Below the pieces are notes generated by a model. It worked only from the letters and a program-made list of their open reading frames with translations, was not told where the DNA came from and made no database searches. The translations under genes and the position numbers were made by a program. Shown in pieces: positions 1 to 10,400 of a stretch of DNA of 60,486 bases. Within the stretch, counting starts at the first letter, position 1, and each line of letters opens with the position of its first letter. This DNA comes from Clostridia bacterium. GTDB taxonomy: Bacteria; Bacillota; Clostridia; Christensenellales; Borkfalkiaceae. The stretch spans positions 1 through 60,486 of the forward strand of contig JAIDQV010000032.1 in NCBI GenBank assembly GCA_029062045.1. The letters run 5' to 3'.

Positions 1-166
1 CGCTATTCTGCGCGTAAAATATTTCGTGATTTTTAGGGGCTTCTCGCCCCTCGTGCCGCAATCTCTTGGGGCACACAAATATATAATTGCGGCACTTCAC
101 CCGCGCTGAGGTGGCGTAGCCACAAATTGGGTGCGCGGGCGCAAAAGCGTGGTTTTGCTTGCGCCG

Positions 167-2212
167 TTAATTATCTTCGTCAAACTTATAATAGTACACC
201 GCGCCCGACTGCTCGGGTAAAGTTACAAATAACCTGCCGTGCTTGACTTCGCTTTGCTCTTCATGCTCGGTAAAGCCCCAGTCGCCGCACGCAAATTTAA
301 GTTTCATTTTAGCGCCGGCGTGCGGAACGCCCAATTCCCATACGGGAACGGTCAAAGAAATTTCCCCGTCGTTGGTATTGATAATAACAACACAGCACTC
401 GTTTTCGTCAAACCTGCCGTAAGCGATATAACCGTTGCCCGCGTCCAGCCTTTTAATACTGCCCATTTTAAGACAAGGCACGCGCTTTCTCAAAGAAATA
501 GCCTTTTTGTGGAATTCGATAAGCTCGTGGTCTTCACTGCCCCACGGGTAAGTTCTGCGGCTGTCGGGGTCGGTCCAACCTACTTGCCCCGCCTCGTCCG
601 CGTAATAGACACCGGGCGAGCCTACCCAGGTCATCTGTATAAGCACCGCAAGCTGCATAATGCGCTTATCTACATTGTAACCAGCCTCGTGCGGACCTTT
701 GGTGCGGGTAGTTCCCACAGTCATATTCGTGCGCGTTAAAAAGCGCGAATGGTCGTGGTTTGAAAGTTGGTTTAAAGCCGAGTCCAACCCGGGGCGCGGG
801 AACTTAGACATAGCTTTGAACATACTGTCAAAGAACAGCTTACCGTCCCTCAGCTTGCCACCGTCAAAAGCCTCGCTGTGCTTTTCCATACCCGTTAAAA
901 ACCAAGTAACGGGTTCCATAAAGGCGTCGTAGTTCATAACCGAGTCCCACTCGTTTCCGCCCAACCAGCTTTCGGGCGAGCCGTAATGCTCTGCCAAAAT
1001 AAACGCTTCGGGGTTTGCCTGCCGCACGCGGCTTCTGAACTTCTGCCAGAATTTATGATTGTAAGCAGGGCTGTGCCCTAAGTCCGCCGCAACGTCAAGG
1101 CGCCAGCCGTCCACGTTATAGGGCGCGGAAACCCACTTTGCGCCCAAATTCAGAATGTACTCTTCAAGCTCGGGGCTCTTCTCGTAGTTGAGTTTTGGAA
1201 GGGTCTGAAAGTCCCACCAACCCTCGTAATCACTGTGCGCGTAGTTGGGCTTTTTAAATTTGAAATAACTTCTGTACGGGCTATTCACGGACTGGAAAGC
1301 CCCTTCTTCGTAGCCCTCTTTATTTAAATAAATCCCCTCTCTGTCCAGCCATTTATTGAATGAACCGCAATGGTTGAACACTCCGTCTATAACAACCTTC
1401 ATTCCGCGCGAGTGAATTTCTTTGACCAAATCCGCAAAATAAGCGTTGCTTTTTTCAAGATTTTTCTTCGACGTGGTGCGCGTAATGTATTTGGGAGCAT
1501 AACCGTTGTGCTTTTCCCAGTGTTGCATAGCGTGTTCAACGTCGTCCTCGATAACGGCAATGTGCGGGTCGATATAGTCGTAATCCTGCGTGTCGTACTT
1601 GTGGTTGGAAGGCGAAACGAATATTGGGTTGAAATAAATGGCTTCAACGCCGAGTTCCTGCAAATAGTCCAGTTTTGACCTAACGCCCTGCAAGTCGCCG
1701 CCGTAAAAACAGTTTACGTCAAGACTGTCGGGGAATTTATACCATTCGCGTATTCTTCGCGAGTGCCCTCCCGTGTAAAAATACTCGTTGTCCTCGACGT
1801 CGTTGTCGGGGTTGCCGTTGCAAAAACGGTCGGTAAAAATCTGATAAAATACCGTGCCCTTCGCCCAGTCGGGAACTTTGAAGTTGGGCGCGAAAGAAAA
1901 GTCGTACTCGGCCTGGATATTTTCAACGCAGCCCAAGCGGTTAAAATAAATTATATCGTCCTCGTCCACGGCGCAAAAGTGATAGCTTACCTCCCGTTGC
2001 GTGCATTTAAAGGAAAATTTATAATAGTCGAAATGCTCGTCGCTTTTAAATTTGGTCATCTTGTGCCTAATGCCGTTGATGACTGCAGATACTTGAAGCG
2101 CGTCGTTTGCAAGCGTTCTGAATTTAAGTGTAACCGTATCGCCGGCGACAGGCTCGTAAGGCGTTTTAAATTGTGCCGTTTCGTCAGCGAACAATGCGTT
2201 TCTGTTAATCAT
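167..2212 (-). CDS. Glycoside hydrolase family 13 (neopullulanase / cyclomaltodextrinase / maltogenic amylase-like)
   Basis: 681-aa ORF. GH13 conserved regions are readable: VIDGVFNHCG, DGWRLDVAADL (nucleophile Asp), FILAEHYG (acid/base Glu), LSNHDHSRF. It has an N-terminal beta-domain as in the intracellular neopullulanase subfamily. Confidence 0.9.
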   Translation of the reverse strand: MINRNALFADETAQFKTPYEPVAGDTVTLKFRTLANDALQVSAVINGIRHKMTKFKSDEHFDYYKFSFKCTQREVSYHFCAVDEDDIIYFNRLGCVENIQAEYDFSFAPNFKVPDWAKGTVFYQIFTDRFCNGNPDNDVEDNEYFYTGGHSRRIREWYKFPDSLDVNCFYGGDLQGVRSKLDYLQELGVEAIYFNPIFVSPSNHKYDTQDYDYIDPHIAVIEDDVEHAMQHWEKHNGYAPKYITRTTSKKNLEKSNAYFADLVKEIHSRGMKVVIDGVFNHCGSFNKWLDREGIYLNKEGYEEGAFQSVNSPYRSYFKFKKPNYAHSDYEGWWDFQTLPKLNYEKSPELEEYILNLGAKWVSAPYNVDGWRLDVAADLGHSPAYNHKFWQKFRSRVRQANPEAFILAEHYGSPESWLGGNEWDSVMNYDAFMEPVTWFLTGMEKHSEAFDGGKLRDGKLFFDSMFKAMSKFPRPGLDSALNQLSNHDHSRFLTRTNMTVGTTRTKGPHEAGYNVDKRIMQLAVLIQMTWVGSPGVYYADEAGQVGWTDPDSRRTYPWGSEDHELIEFHKKAISLRKRVPCLKMGSIKRLDAGNGYIAYGRFDENECCVVIINTNDGEISLTVPVWELGVPHAGAKMKLKFACGDWGFTEHEEQSEVKHGRLFVTLPEQSGAVYYYKFDEDN

Positions 2213-2357
2213 ATAAAGTCCCTATAATAAGCCGATACTTCAAGGGAAATTATACCATACGCAACCGTTAAAGTCAATAGCCGTCTTTTGCAAAATGCGC
2301 GGATGGATTTATATAAAATTTCCAAACTTTGTATTGCCTTTAAATCTCGATTTGATA

Positions 2358-2386
2358 TTGACTTTAAATCCCGGTTATGTTATATT
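2358..2386 (+). promoter_or_regulatory. Sigma-70-type promoter upstream of first YitT gene
   Basis: TTGACT (2358-2363), 17-nt spacer, TATATT (2381-2386), about 30 nt before the ATG at 2419. Confidence 0.5.
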
Positions 2387-2418
2387 TGATTTGCGAATAT
2401 ACTATAAGAAGGAAATAT

Positions 2419-3582
2419 ATGAACTTCAATAAAAAAGCGAAAAGCGGGAACGAAGTTCCCGCAGATATCACCGAAGAAGGCGCACCCGCACCCGTAGAGA
2501 ATACGGAAGCCGCGGAAAATGCCGAGGTTGCCGAAAACGCCGAAATTGCCGCGGCTGCGGCGGCAGGCGTGCTTGAAAACGGCGAGGAAGTCCCCGCCCC
2601 TGCACCTCAGGCGGCGGACGGCAAGCCCCCTGTTTACGGCGACAAGGTTTTAACCAAAGCCCAGCAAAGAAAGCGCTCGGTAATCAGGTGGGTTATCCTC
2701 ATATTCGGAATAGTAATGATGTCTTGCAGCGTCTACTTTTTCCAGACGCCCAACGACATTACCTTGGGCGGCATCGCGGGCGTCGCTGTAATTATTAACA
2801 GCTTCTTGCCCGACGCGGTTAAAGTCGTCTTAACCCAAGGCGTTATCATGGCGATAATCAACATCCTGTTGCTGATTTTAGGGCTTATTATTCTCGGTAA
2901 GCAATGCACCGTAAGAACAATTTTCTGTTCCCTCTTCTACACTGCGTTTATCTGGCTTTTCGAGTACTTCCACGTAATAGAGCATATAAACCAAGCCGTT
3001 GGCAATTTTACCGAAGCGGGCGAAGTGGCAACAACACTTACCAACCAACCCCTTTTGGAACTTGTTTACGCAATTTTGCTGTTCGGTATAGGCGGTGCGC
3101 TTGTATTCAACTGCGGAGCGTCCTCTGGCGGTACGGATATTATCGCGCTTATTTTAAAGAAGTTTACAAACATCAACGTAGGTATGGCGCTTATGATTAT
3201 CGATATGATAGTCGTATGCATTTCCTTCTATACTTTCAGCAGCGTTTCGGCAGGGCTTTTCTCGGTGCTGGGCTTGTTCACTAAATCCTTCCTTTTGGAC
3301 GGCGTAATCGAAAGTATGGGCAAAACCAAGTACCTTACCATCATCACGGAAAACCCCGAAAAGATTGCCGAATACATATTGAAGGTTATAAACCACGGCT
3401 ACACGATGTACGATGCGGAAGGCGGCTACACCCACAAGAAAAAGAAGGTTTTGGTTACCGTTTGCAAGCGCAGTGAAGCGTTGAAAATCAAAATGAAAAT
3501 TCATAATGAAGACCCTACCTCTTTCGTTATCATAACCGATGCAAACGAAATTTTAGGCAAGGGCTTCGGCGGAACTATATAA
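2419..3582 (+). CDS. YitT-family membrane protein (DUF161 TM domain + DUF2179 C-terminal domain) with Ala/Glu-rich N-terminal extension
   Basis: Motif GGTDIIALILKKF and C-terminal VLVTVCKRSEALKIKMKI...FVIITDANEILGKGF are typical of YitT. Start refined to the ATG at 2419, preceded by AAGAAGGAAA. The N-terminus carries the repeats ENAEVAENAEIA. Confidence 0.85.
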   Translation: MNFNKKAKSGNEVPADITEEGAPAPVENTEAAENAEVAENAEIAAAAAAGVLENGEEVPAPAPQAADGKPPVYGDKVLTKAQQRKRSVIRWVILIFGIVMMSCSVYFFQTPNDITLGGIAGVAVIINSFLPDAVKVVLTQGVIMAIINILLLILGLIILGKQCTVRTIFCSLFYTAFIWLFEYFHVIEHINQAVGNFTEAGEVATTLTNQPLLELVYAILLFGIGGALVFNCGASSGGTDIIALILKKFTNINVGMALMIIDMIVVCISFYTFSSVSAGLFSVLGLFTKSFLLDGVIESMGKTKYLTIITENPEKIAEYILKVINHGYTMYDAEGGYTHKKKKVLVTVCKRSEALKIKMKIHNEDPTSFVIITDANEILGKGFGGTI

Positions 3583-3608
3583 TTTACTTTTAAGATAAGC
3601 GGGAAAAA

Positions 3609-4544
3609 ATGAAAAAGCAAAAAGACAAAAGTGAATTGAATACCGCCGAAAGAAAGCAGAAAATCAAGGGCACCGCCTTTGAATGGATTATGATTAACGT
3701 CGGCGTTTTAATGCTTGCGTTCGGTGTATTCCTCTTCAAAGGTCCCAACAACTTTGCAACGGGCGGGGTAAGCGGTATTACCATTATTATCAGTAAATAC
3801 GTAACACCCCTTGTGCCCTTCCTCACGCAGTCCGTTTTAAACTTTATACTAAACGGCGTACTGCTTATTATCGGCTTTATCTTTTTGGGCAAGGGCTGTA
3901 CCTTTAAAACGGCTTATTGCAGTTTAATGTACACACTTGAAATGTACGCAATGCAATGGATATTCCAGGCTTGCGGAATTGAAATTTCGTCGGGGCACAC
4001 TTTAACGGACGAGAAGTTCCTCGAATTCGTCTACGCAATGCTTTTGACGGGTATAGGCAGTGCAATTTTATTCAACTGCCGCGCGTCGTCTGGCGGAACA
4101 GACATTATCGCGCTCATAATTAAAAAGTACGCTAAACTCGACATAGGCAAAGCAATGGTCGCAACCGACTTGCTTATCGCCTGCTCAACATTCTTTGTTT
4201 TCGACGTAACCACGGGGCTTTTCTCTATACTCGGTTTGTTCTTCAAATCCTTCCTCGTGGACGGCGTAATCGAAAGCATAGGCAAAAGCAAATTCGTAAC
4301 CATAATAACTTCCCACCCCGAACTTATAACTCCGTTTATAATCGAAGGCTTGCACAGAAGCTACACCTCCCACAAGGCAACGGGCGGCTACACTGGCGAA
4401 GAAAAGACCGTGCTTTTAACCGTTTGCAAACGCCGTGAAGCGTTGAAACTTAAACTTAAAATCAACGCCGCCGACCCCACGGCTTTCGTAATTTTAACCG
4501 ACACTAACGAAATTTTAGGCAAGGGCTTCCGCTCAGCTCTTTAA
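3609..4544 (+). CDS. YitT-family membrane protein (tandem paralog)
   Basis: 311-aa ORF colinear with the preceding gene (GGTDIIALIIKKY; LLTVCKRREALKLKLKI...FVILTDTNEILGKGF). Confidence 0.85.
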   Translation: MKKQKDKSELNTAERKQKIKGTAFEWIMINVGVLMLAFGVFLFKGPNNFATGGVSGITIIISKYVTPLVPFLTQSVLNFILNGVLLIIGFIFLGKGCTFKTAYCSLMYTLEMYAMQWIFQACGIEISSGHTLTDEKFLEFVYAMLLTGIGSAILFNCRASSGGTDIIALIIKKYAKLDIGKAMVATDLLIACSTFFVFDVTTGLFSILGLFFKSFLVDGVIESIGKSKFVTIITSHPELITPFIIEGLHRSYTSHKATGGYTGEEKTVLLTVCKRREALKLKLKINAADPTAFVILTDTNEILGKGFRSAL

Positions 4545-4562
4545 ACACAAAGCAAAATAACA

Positions 4563-4594
4563 AATCCCCGCGCTGTTCGTCGCGGGGATTTTCT
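4563..4594. terminator. Rho-independent terminator between convergent YitT and eda genes
   Basis: AATCCCCGCG-ctgttcgt-CGCGGGGATT followed by a T-run. Confidence 0.7.
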
Positions 4595-4604
4595 AATTTA
4601 ATAA

Positions 4605-5225
4605 TTAAACGTTTTTAACCAAATCAACTGCGGCTTTGGTCTTTGCCTCGATTTCTTCGGGCGTGCCGCTCATCATCCAGCTGCCGCCGCAAGCGATAAT
4701 TTTATCGTAAGCAAGGTATTCGAGGATATTGTCCGCCGAGATGCCGCCCGTAGGCATAATGTGCAGGTAAGGGAATGCCGCGCAAATAGCCTTGATGGTT
4801 TTAAGTCCGCCGTAGTTTGACGCGGGGAAGAACTTCAAAGTGGTAAGCCCGCAAGCAATTGCCGCCATAGCCTCGGTAGGGGTTACGATACCGGGAAGGT
4901 AAAGCATATGGTGCTTTTTGCAGCACTTTGCAACCTCTTCGGAAAAGCCGGGGGATACGATAAATTTAGAACCCGCCTTTATAGCCTTTTCGCACTGTTC
5001 CTTGTTGATAACCGTGCCCGCGCCTACAAGCATATCGGGATAGGTTTTAACGGTAAGAGCGATAGCTTCCGCCGCGCAAGGGGTACGGAAGGTAATCTCA
5101 GCGCAAGGCAACCCGCCGTTTACAAGCGCCTGCATCTTAGGCAAAGTTTCTTCGATTGAATTGAGTACCACTACGGGCACGATTTTGGTCTGTTTGATTT
5201 TTTCAAGAAGTTCTTGTTCGGTCAT
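4605..5225 (-). CDS. eda: 2-dehydro-3-deoxyphosphogluconate (KDPG) / 4-hydroxy-2-oxoglutarate aldolase
   Basis: Eda-family motifs: AEITFRT, VGAGTV, LKFFPA, MPTGGI. Start refined to the ATG at 5225 (MTEQELL), preceded by GGAGAA. Confidence 0.85.
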   Translation of the reverse strand: MTEQELLEKIKQTKIVPVVVLNSIEETLPKMQALVNGGLPCAEITFRTPCAAEAIALTVKTYPDMLVGAGTVINKEQCEKAIKAGSKFIVSPGFSEEVAKCCKKHHMLYLPGIVTPTEAMAAIACGLTTLKFFPASNYGGLKTIKAICAAFPYLHIMPTGGISADNILEYLAYDKIIACGGSWMMSGTPEEIEAKTKAAVDLVKNV

Positions 5226-5318
5226 AGTTTTCTCCAAAATAAATATTTTAACTTGCAAGATTTACTTGCTAAATAATTATATCACGCAATTTTGCGAAAA
5301 TCAATAGCGCAAAACAAA

Positions 5319-5927
5319 TTATTCGCCCTCATCCGTCCCTTCGGGCTTAATATCGTCGTCGTCAAGGTCAATTACGTTCCTTTCCGCATTGTCCTTTAAG
5401 TTTTTCACCAATCCCAACGCGCATAAATCCAAAACGCCCGCAAATATAAGTGCAATTCCCGCAAAAATCATAATAGAGCTTCCGAACGGGTCGAATACTA
5501 TTAAAATTCCCAGAACCAGCAAAATCACTGCAAACGCAAGCACAGCCCAGCGCGACTTTATTTTCGCCCTGTTCATTGCAACGAACTGTTGAAGTTTAAC
5601 CGCACCGTCCACAATAAGCGCTATGCCGAAAAGCACGGTTATAATTCCCGTGATAACCCACGGCTTTATAAACAGAATTAACGCAACCAGCACAAGCGTA
5701 AGTCCCAGCGCAAGGTCACCCGCGTTGCCGCGCACAAAGCCAGTGATAAAGAAGGTTAAAAGACACAGTACGCCCCACACCATTATAAGCGCACCCGCAA
5801 CGTAGCAAATTACGTTAAGCGACGTGTCGCGGAAAATTATAAACATAAGTCCTATTATAATCAGCGCAACTGCCGCCACGCTTGCCTGAATTTTAAGTTT
5901 TTTCAATGCGTTTTTCAATTTGTCCAT
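5319..5927 (-). CDS. DUF308 / HdeD-like multi-pass membrane protein
   Basis: 202 aa with six hydrophobic helices in repeated pairs and an acidic C-terminal tail. The family call rests on architecture only. Confidence 0.55.
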   Translation of the reverse strand: MDKLKNALKKLKIQASVAAVALIIIGLMFIIFRDTSLNVICYVAGALIMVWGVLCLLTFFITGFVRGNAGDLALGLTLVLVALILFIKPWVITGIITVLFGIALIVDGAVKLQQFVAMNRAKIKSRWAVLAFAVILLVLGILIVFDPFGSSIMIFAGIALIFAGVLDLCALGLVKNLKDNAERNVIDLDDDDIKPEGTDEGE

Positions 5928-5965
5928 TATGCACCTCTATACTAAATATAACACCTTTGCAACCA

Positions 5966-6000
5966 AATTAAACAGCCCGCCTTTCAATGAAGCGGGCTGT
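5966..6000 (-). terminator. Rho-independent terminator after GH4 gene
   Basis: ACAGCCCGC / GCGGGCTGT stem, followed on the minus strand by TTTAATTTGG. Confidence 0.6.
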
Positions 6001-6008
6001 AATTATAT

Positions 6009-7412
6009 TTACTTTTTGAAATATCCGTCCAAATCGAAATACTCGTCAAGATATGCGCGGGTGTTATAACACATTTCTTTAAACAGCTCGAAAGACTGTT
6101 CCATTGTAAGCGTATTGCAAAGCGCCTGGTTTGCAAAAGCCAAATAGATTTTGCCTAAGTCGCGCTCTTTAATTCCCTCGTAAGTAGTGTCGATATTTAC
6201 ACAGCTCCTGTAAACGAGGTTTGCAACCGCCGTAGGCAACGGCTTTGAAACTACGGGTTTAACCTGGTCGTTTGAGAATACGCAGTTTGTTTCCACGATA
6301 CTTCCAAGCGGCATTTGCGGCATCTGTCCCCTGTTCGGCATATTGACGTTGGAAACGAAAACTTCAAAGCCCATAATGGCTTGCATAATTTCAACCGCAA
6401 CCTCGGCGGATTTTACTACGGGGAATTCCTTTCTTCCCTCCGCCATTTCGATTGATTCGGCAATTTTCTTTGCCTGGTCCGCCTCTCTGTAATCTACGGT
6501 AGTTAAATTGAACAGCCAGTCCTTTACCGTCTTTTTGTCCTTTAAATACCAGGTGTTAGGCATAAATTCGGCAAGGTGCCTGTCCCCCGCCGCGGCAAGC
6601 ACGCCGTACTTGTTGTACAAATCCATTTTAACCTTATTGCCGTAAGCGAACGGGTCGGTTTTAAACGCGAACCGCGATTGCCCTTCTTGCTCGAAATATC
6701 CTTCCTCGTAAAACTTTTCTTCGAATTCGGGAATAAGCGCAAGCAAATCGATGTCGCCGTATTTGGCTTCGGTTATCCAAGTAAAATGGTTTACACCGCA
6801 AGCGTCGGTATAAATTTTACTGCGGTGTACGTCTATGCCTCGCGTCTCTTTAAGTACGCAGGTCAAAAATTCCTGCGCGTGGAAAACCTCGTGACAGCAG
6901 CCAAAGGCTTTGATTTCAGGGAAAATATCGTAAAGCACTTTTGTGCAAACGCTCATAGGGTTGGTAAAGTTTATAACCCAGGCGTCGGGGCAAACCGCCT
7001 TTATCTTTCTTGCAAATTCTTCGTAAATGGGAACTGTGCGCATAGCGCGGAGAACTCCGCCAGGGCCCGCCGTATCGCCTACGGATTGATAAATACCGTA
7101 TTTTTCGGGGGTGTGAACGTCGCTTCTCATTTCCTTGAAAGTGCCGGGAAGAATGGAAAGCACAACGAAGGAAGCGCCCTTTAAAGCGTCCTCTAATTTA
7201 TCGTAAACTTTATAATCGAACTTAGATTTTGTTTTGGGGTTTTTATTTATATAACCGCCGATTTTTGCGTTGCGGACTGCGGCTTCTTTGTCAATATCGT
7301 AAAGCGCAATTTCGCCGCCCAAATTTTCGGCAACCGCCAAATCCGCCATGAACACTCTTGCCCAAAGTTTACTGCCGCCGCCTATATATGCAATCTTAAT
7401 TGTTTTTTGCAT
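6009..7412 (-). CDS. Glycoside hydrolase family 4 (NAD+/Mn2+-dependent; LplD/alpha-galacturonidase-like)
   Basis: N-terminal Rossmann motif KIAYIGGGS, plus NFTNPM and the GCCHEV motif typical of GH4. Confidence 0.85.
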   Translation of the reverse strand: MQKTIKIAYIGGGSKLWARVFMADLAVAENLGGEIALYDIDKEAAVRNAKIGGYINKNPKTKSKFDYKVYDKLEDALKGASFVVLSILPGTFKEMRSDVHTPEKYGIYQSVGDTAGPGGVLRAMRTVPIYEEFARKIKAVCPDAWVINFTNPMSVCTKVLYDIFPEIKAFGCCHEVFHAQEFLTCVLKETRGIDVHRSKIYTDACGVNHFTWITEAKYGDIDLLALIPEFEEKFYEEGYFEQEGQSRFAFKTDPFAYGNKVKMDLYNKYGVLAAAGDRHLAEFMPNTWYLKDKKTVKDWLFNLTTVDYREADQAKKIAESIEMAEGRKEFPVVKSAEVAVEIMQAIMGFEVFVSNVNMPNRGQMPQMPLGSIVETNCVFSNDQVKPVVSKPLPTAVANLVYRSCVNIDTTYEGIKERDLGKIYLAFANQALCNTLTMEQSFELFKEMCYNTRAYLDEYFDLDGYFKK

Positions 7413-7445
7413 TTCTATATTCCTCCATCACATTTCGATATTCGG

Positions 7446-10400
7446 TTATTTTAAAATATCTTTCAAAGTATTCATAAGTTTTGCAATGTCTATCGGTTTA
7501 GAAGCAAAACCGTCCATACCTGCGTCCATTGCCGCCTTCCTGTCCTCGTCAAAAGCGTTTGCCGTCATCGCCACGATGGGGGTCGCCGCCTTCGCCTTGT
7601 CGTCAAGCGCGCGAATGGCTTTGGTCGCTTCGTAGCCGTTCATAATAGGCATCTGCACGTCCATAAGTATCAAATCGTAGGTGCCTGCGGGCTTCTCCTT
7701 CATACGCTCAACGGCTATACTGCCGTCGTCCGCCGTATCGATTATAAAACCGACGTCCTCCAAAATGGACTGCGCAATCTCTTGGTTAAGCTCGTTATCT
7801 TCAACAAGAAGAATTTTCTTCCCGTCGAAGCGCATCTCGCCTTTGTCCTCGCCTTCCCTTTCCTTGCTATTTGCCGCGGCGTTTTCCGCAACGCGGAAAC
7901 AGAAGGTTACGGTAAACTCAGACCCCTTTCCTTGCTCGCTCTCCACGGTGATAGTGCCGCCCATCATATCCACTAAATTTTTAGTGATGGCAAGTCCAAG
8001 GCCCGTTCCCTGAATACCGCTTACGGTTGCAGTCTGCTCGCGCTCGAAGGGCTCGAAAACGTGTTGCAAAAATTGCGGGCTCATACCTATGCCGGTATCT
8101 TTGACCTTGAATTCATAGTAAGCATAGCCCTTGGGCGCATTCGCTTTCTGAATAACGCGCACGCCGACCGTGCCGCCCGCCTTGGTGTATTTCACCGCGT
8201 TGCTGATAATATTCAAAAGTACCTGGTTAAGACGCAGTTTATCGCAAATTATGGTCTCGTTCGTTACATCGGTATCAATACCGAATTTCAGCTGTTTGGC
8301 TTTAACGTCGGCTTGAACGATGGTATTCAAATCGTGCATTATTTCGGGAAGGCTGGTTTCCTTCTCTTCGATTTTTACCTTGCCGCTCTCTATTCGGCTC
8401 ATGTCCAGCACGTCGTTTATGAGGCTTAAAAGGTGATTGCCCGAAGTCATAATCTTGCCCAGATAGTCGTGTATCTGCTCTTTGTCGTCAAGATGTTTTT
8501 CCGCCAAAGAAGTAAAACCTATTATCGCGTTCATGGGCGTACGGATGTCGTGGGACATACTGTTCAAGAAAGTTGTCTTGGACTTGTTTGCGTACTGTGC
8601 CTGCGCCAACGCCTCGGATAAAGCGTCCTTCTGCTCTTGCTCTTTACGGATTACCTCGTCAATGTTGCGGAACCCCGCAAGGATAAAGCCGCCGTGTTCG
8701 TGTTCTTTATCGACAATCTTTAAATAGGTATATTGTAAGTGATGTATCTCCCCGTTATCCTCTATGCGGTAACTGCCCTGATACTCGTTATCTACGCTCA
8801 GTTTTTCTTTTACGGTATCGAGGGAAAGCGCCTTTAAAAGTTCCTCTCTGTCGTCGGGATAAACGCGGGCGCGGATATAATTTTCAAGAATAACGCCGTA
8901 GTTGTACTCTTCCGCCGAGCCCTTTTTAAGTCCCTCGGCAACGTAGCCTTCGAGTTTAAGAATTTGTGCGGTTGCCTTTTCCTCGTCCACGGAATACACG
9001 TTCGTATATTCACGGCTGAGCGCTTCTACTATGGAAAGCTGTTCGCCCATTTTCTTGTTGGACTGCTCGGTTGCAAGCAACAGTTTTCTGTTCCACCGTC
9101 CGCGAAGCAACAGCACAAGGATAACGAATACTACAACGGCAAGCACAACGACGATTGCAATTATAATTGCGGGATTAGCCTGTATATACTGCCAAAAACT
9201 TACGTCGCCTATGGAATACGAAGTGTACTTTGCGGCAAGCTGGTTTAGCGCGTCGTCGGACATTTGCTTGATACATTTGTTGAGTATGGTGACAAGCTCG
9301 TGGTCGGTGTTTTCACTGACGTGCATGCTGAAACTCGTACTCATACCGTTCACAGAGCTGTAATACAAAGAATTTGTGTGGTCGTGATTTATAAACCACT
9401 GTGCGGTATATGCGTAGACGTAAGCCGCGTCCGCCTCGCGGCTTAGCACCGCGCGCAAGGCTTCGTCGCCAGTGTTGTAGCTTTTTACAATGCAACCTTC
9501 CAAAGTCTTTTGGTCTATAATATCTTCGCCCTGCGACTTTGCCACGGCTACAACCTTTATATCGCCTTTATGGTCCTGCCTTGTAACCCTTGCCATTCGC
9601 GCCGTCATATAGCTGTTGGTTTTGAAACAGCCTTTTACGACGTCCTCTATAACGTCGTCTTCGCCCGTGCTGTCAAGCGTTACGTTTGCCGTATCGTCGT
9701 CGGAAGCAACAAACCTGTAATTTTCTTTAAGTCCCGCAAGTTTCATAAGCTCGGCAAAATAATCGGGCATAATGCCTTTCAGTTCGCCCCCCTCGGTGTA
9801 AGAATAGGGTGCGCGGTCGCCGCTTGCGGTTACGGTGATAATCTTGCCTTCATGAACTAATTTATCGATATACGCTTTCTCACGCGCGCTGAACGACAGC
9901 TCGGAAGAATAACCCGGGCCGTAGTATTTATAAAACAGCGTGTTCTGCCAGTCGCCCTCGTCTATATCCATCTGTCTTATGGCGTCGTCGATTTGGGGAA
10001 GCAATCCTTTCGGGTCGCCCTTTTTTACGATAGCGTAGAAGTCGGCTTCCTTAATGACTTCCAGCTCCTTTTCGTTGGTGGCTTTTCTCAAATTGCTGGA
10101 AAGGATTGCGTCTATCTCGCCCTTTTGAAGCATTACGGCAAGCTCGTCGGCTTTGGCGGTGATTTCTTCACAGTCGAAGCCCTTTTCTTCCTTGAACGCT
10201 TTGAAGTCATCGTTCTGGCTGCTGCCCTCTACAAGACCTACCTTCATTCCGTTATAGGTATCGTATTCGCCGCGGCGGTGAGCCGTGTCGCCAACGCGGA
10301 TAGACAGAACGGTTTTTCTTCTGCCGATAGGAAGGGAAAAGTCAAACTTCTCTTCCCTGTCTTCCGTCTTGCTGGCGGAAGTAACAACGTCGATTTTGCC

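Noticed and set aside
1-166. Cluster of GC-rich inverted repeats downstream of the GH13 gene: GTGCCGCAAT (53-62) / ATTGCGGCAC (86-95), GTGGC-gta-GCCAC, and GGCGCAA...TTGCGCC. These could be a REP-like element or a structured RNA.
   Set aside because: The cluster is at the window edge with no context and no T-run for a simple terminator. I cannot distinguish a REP-like repeat from a terminator or an ncRNA without genome-wide copies or an Rfam search.
239-2227. Plus-strand ORFs (239..739, 699..932, 1370..1678, 1763..2227) nested opposite the GH13 gene. The same kind of antisense or alternative-frame ORFs occur opposite nearly every long gene, e.g. 6576..7184, 9993..10490, 29097..29783, 32121..32726, 34296..35114, 39519..40430 and 52769..53191.
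   Set aside because: They lie entirely within long ORFs on the opposite strand or another frame that have clear family motifs. Their translations are low-complexity or Arg/Ser/Leu-rich with no recognisable motifs or ribosome-binding sites. They are typical shadow ORFs.
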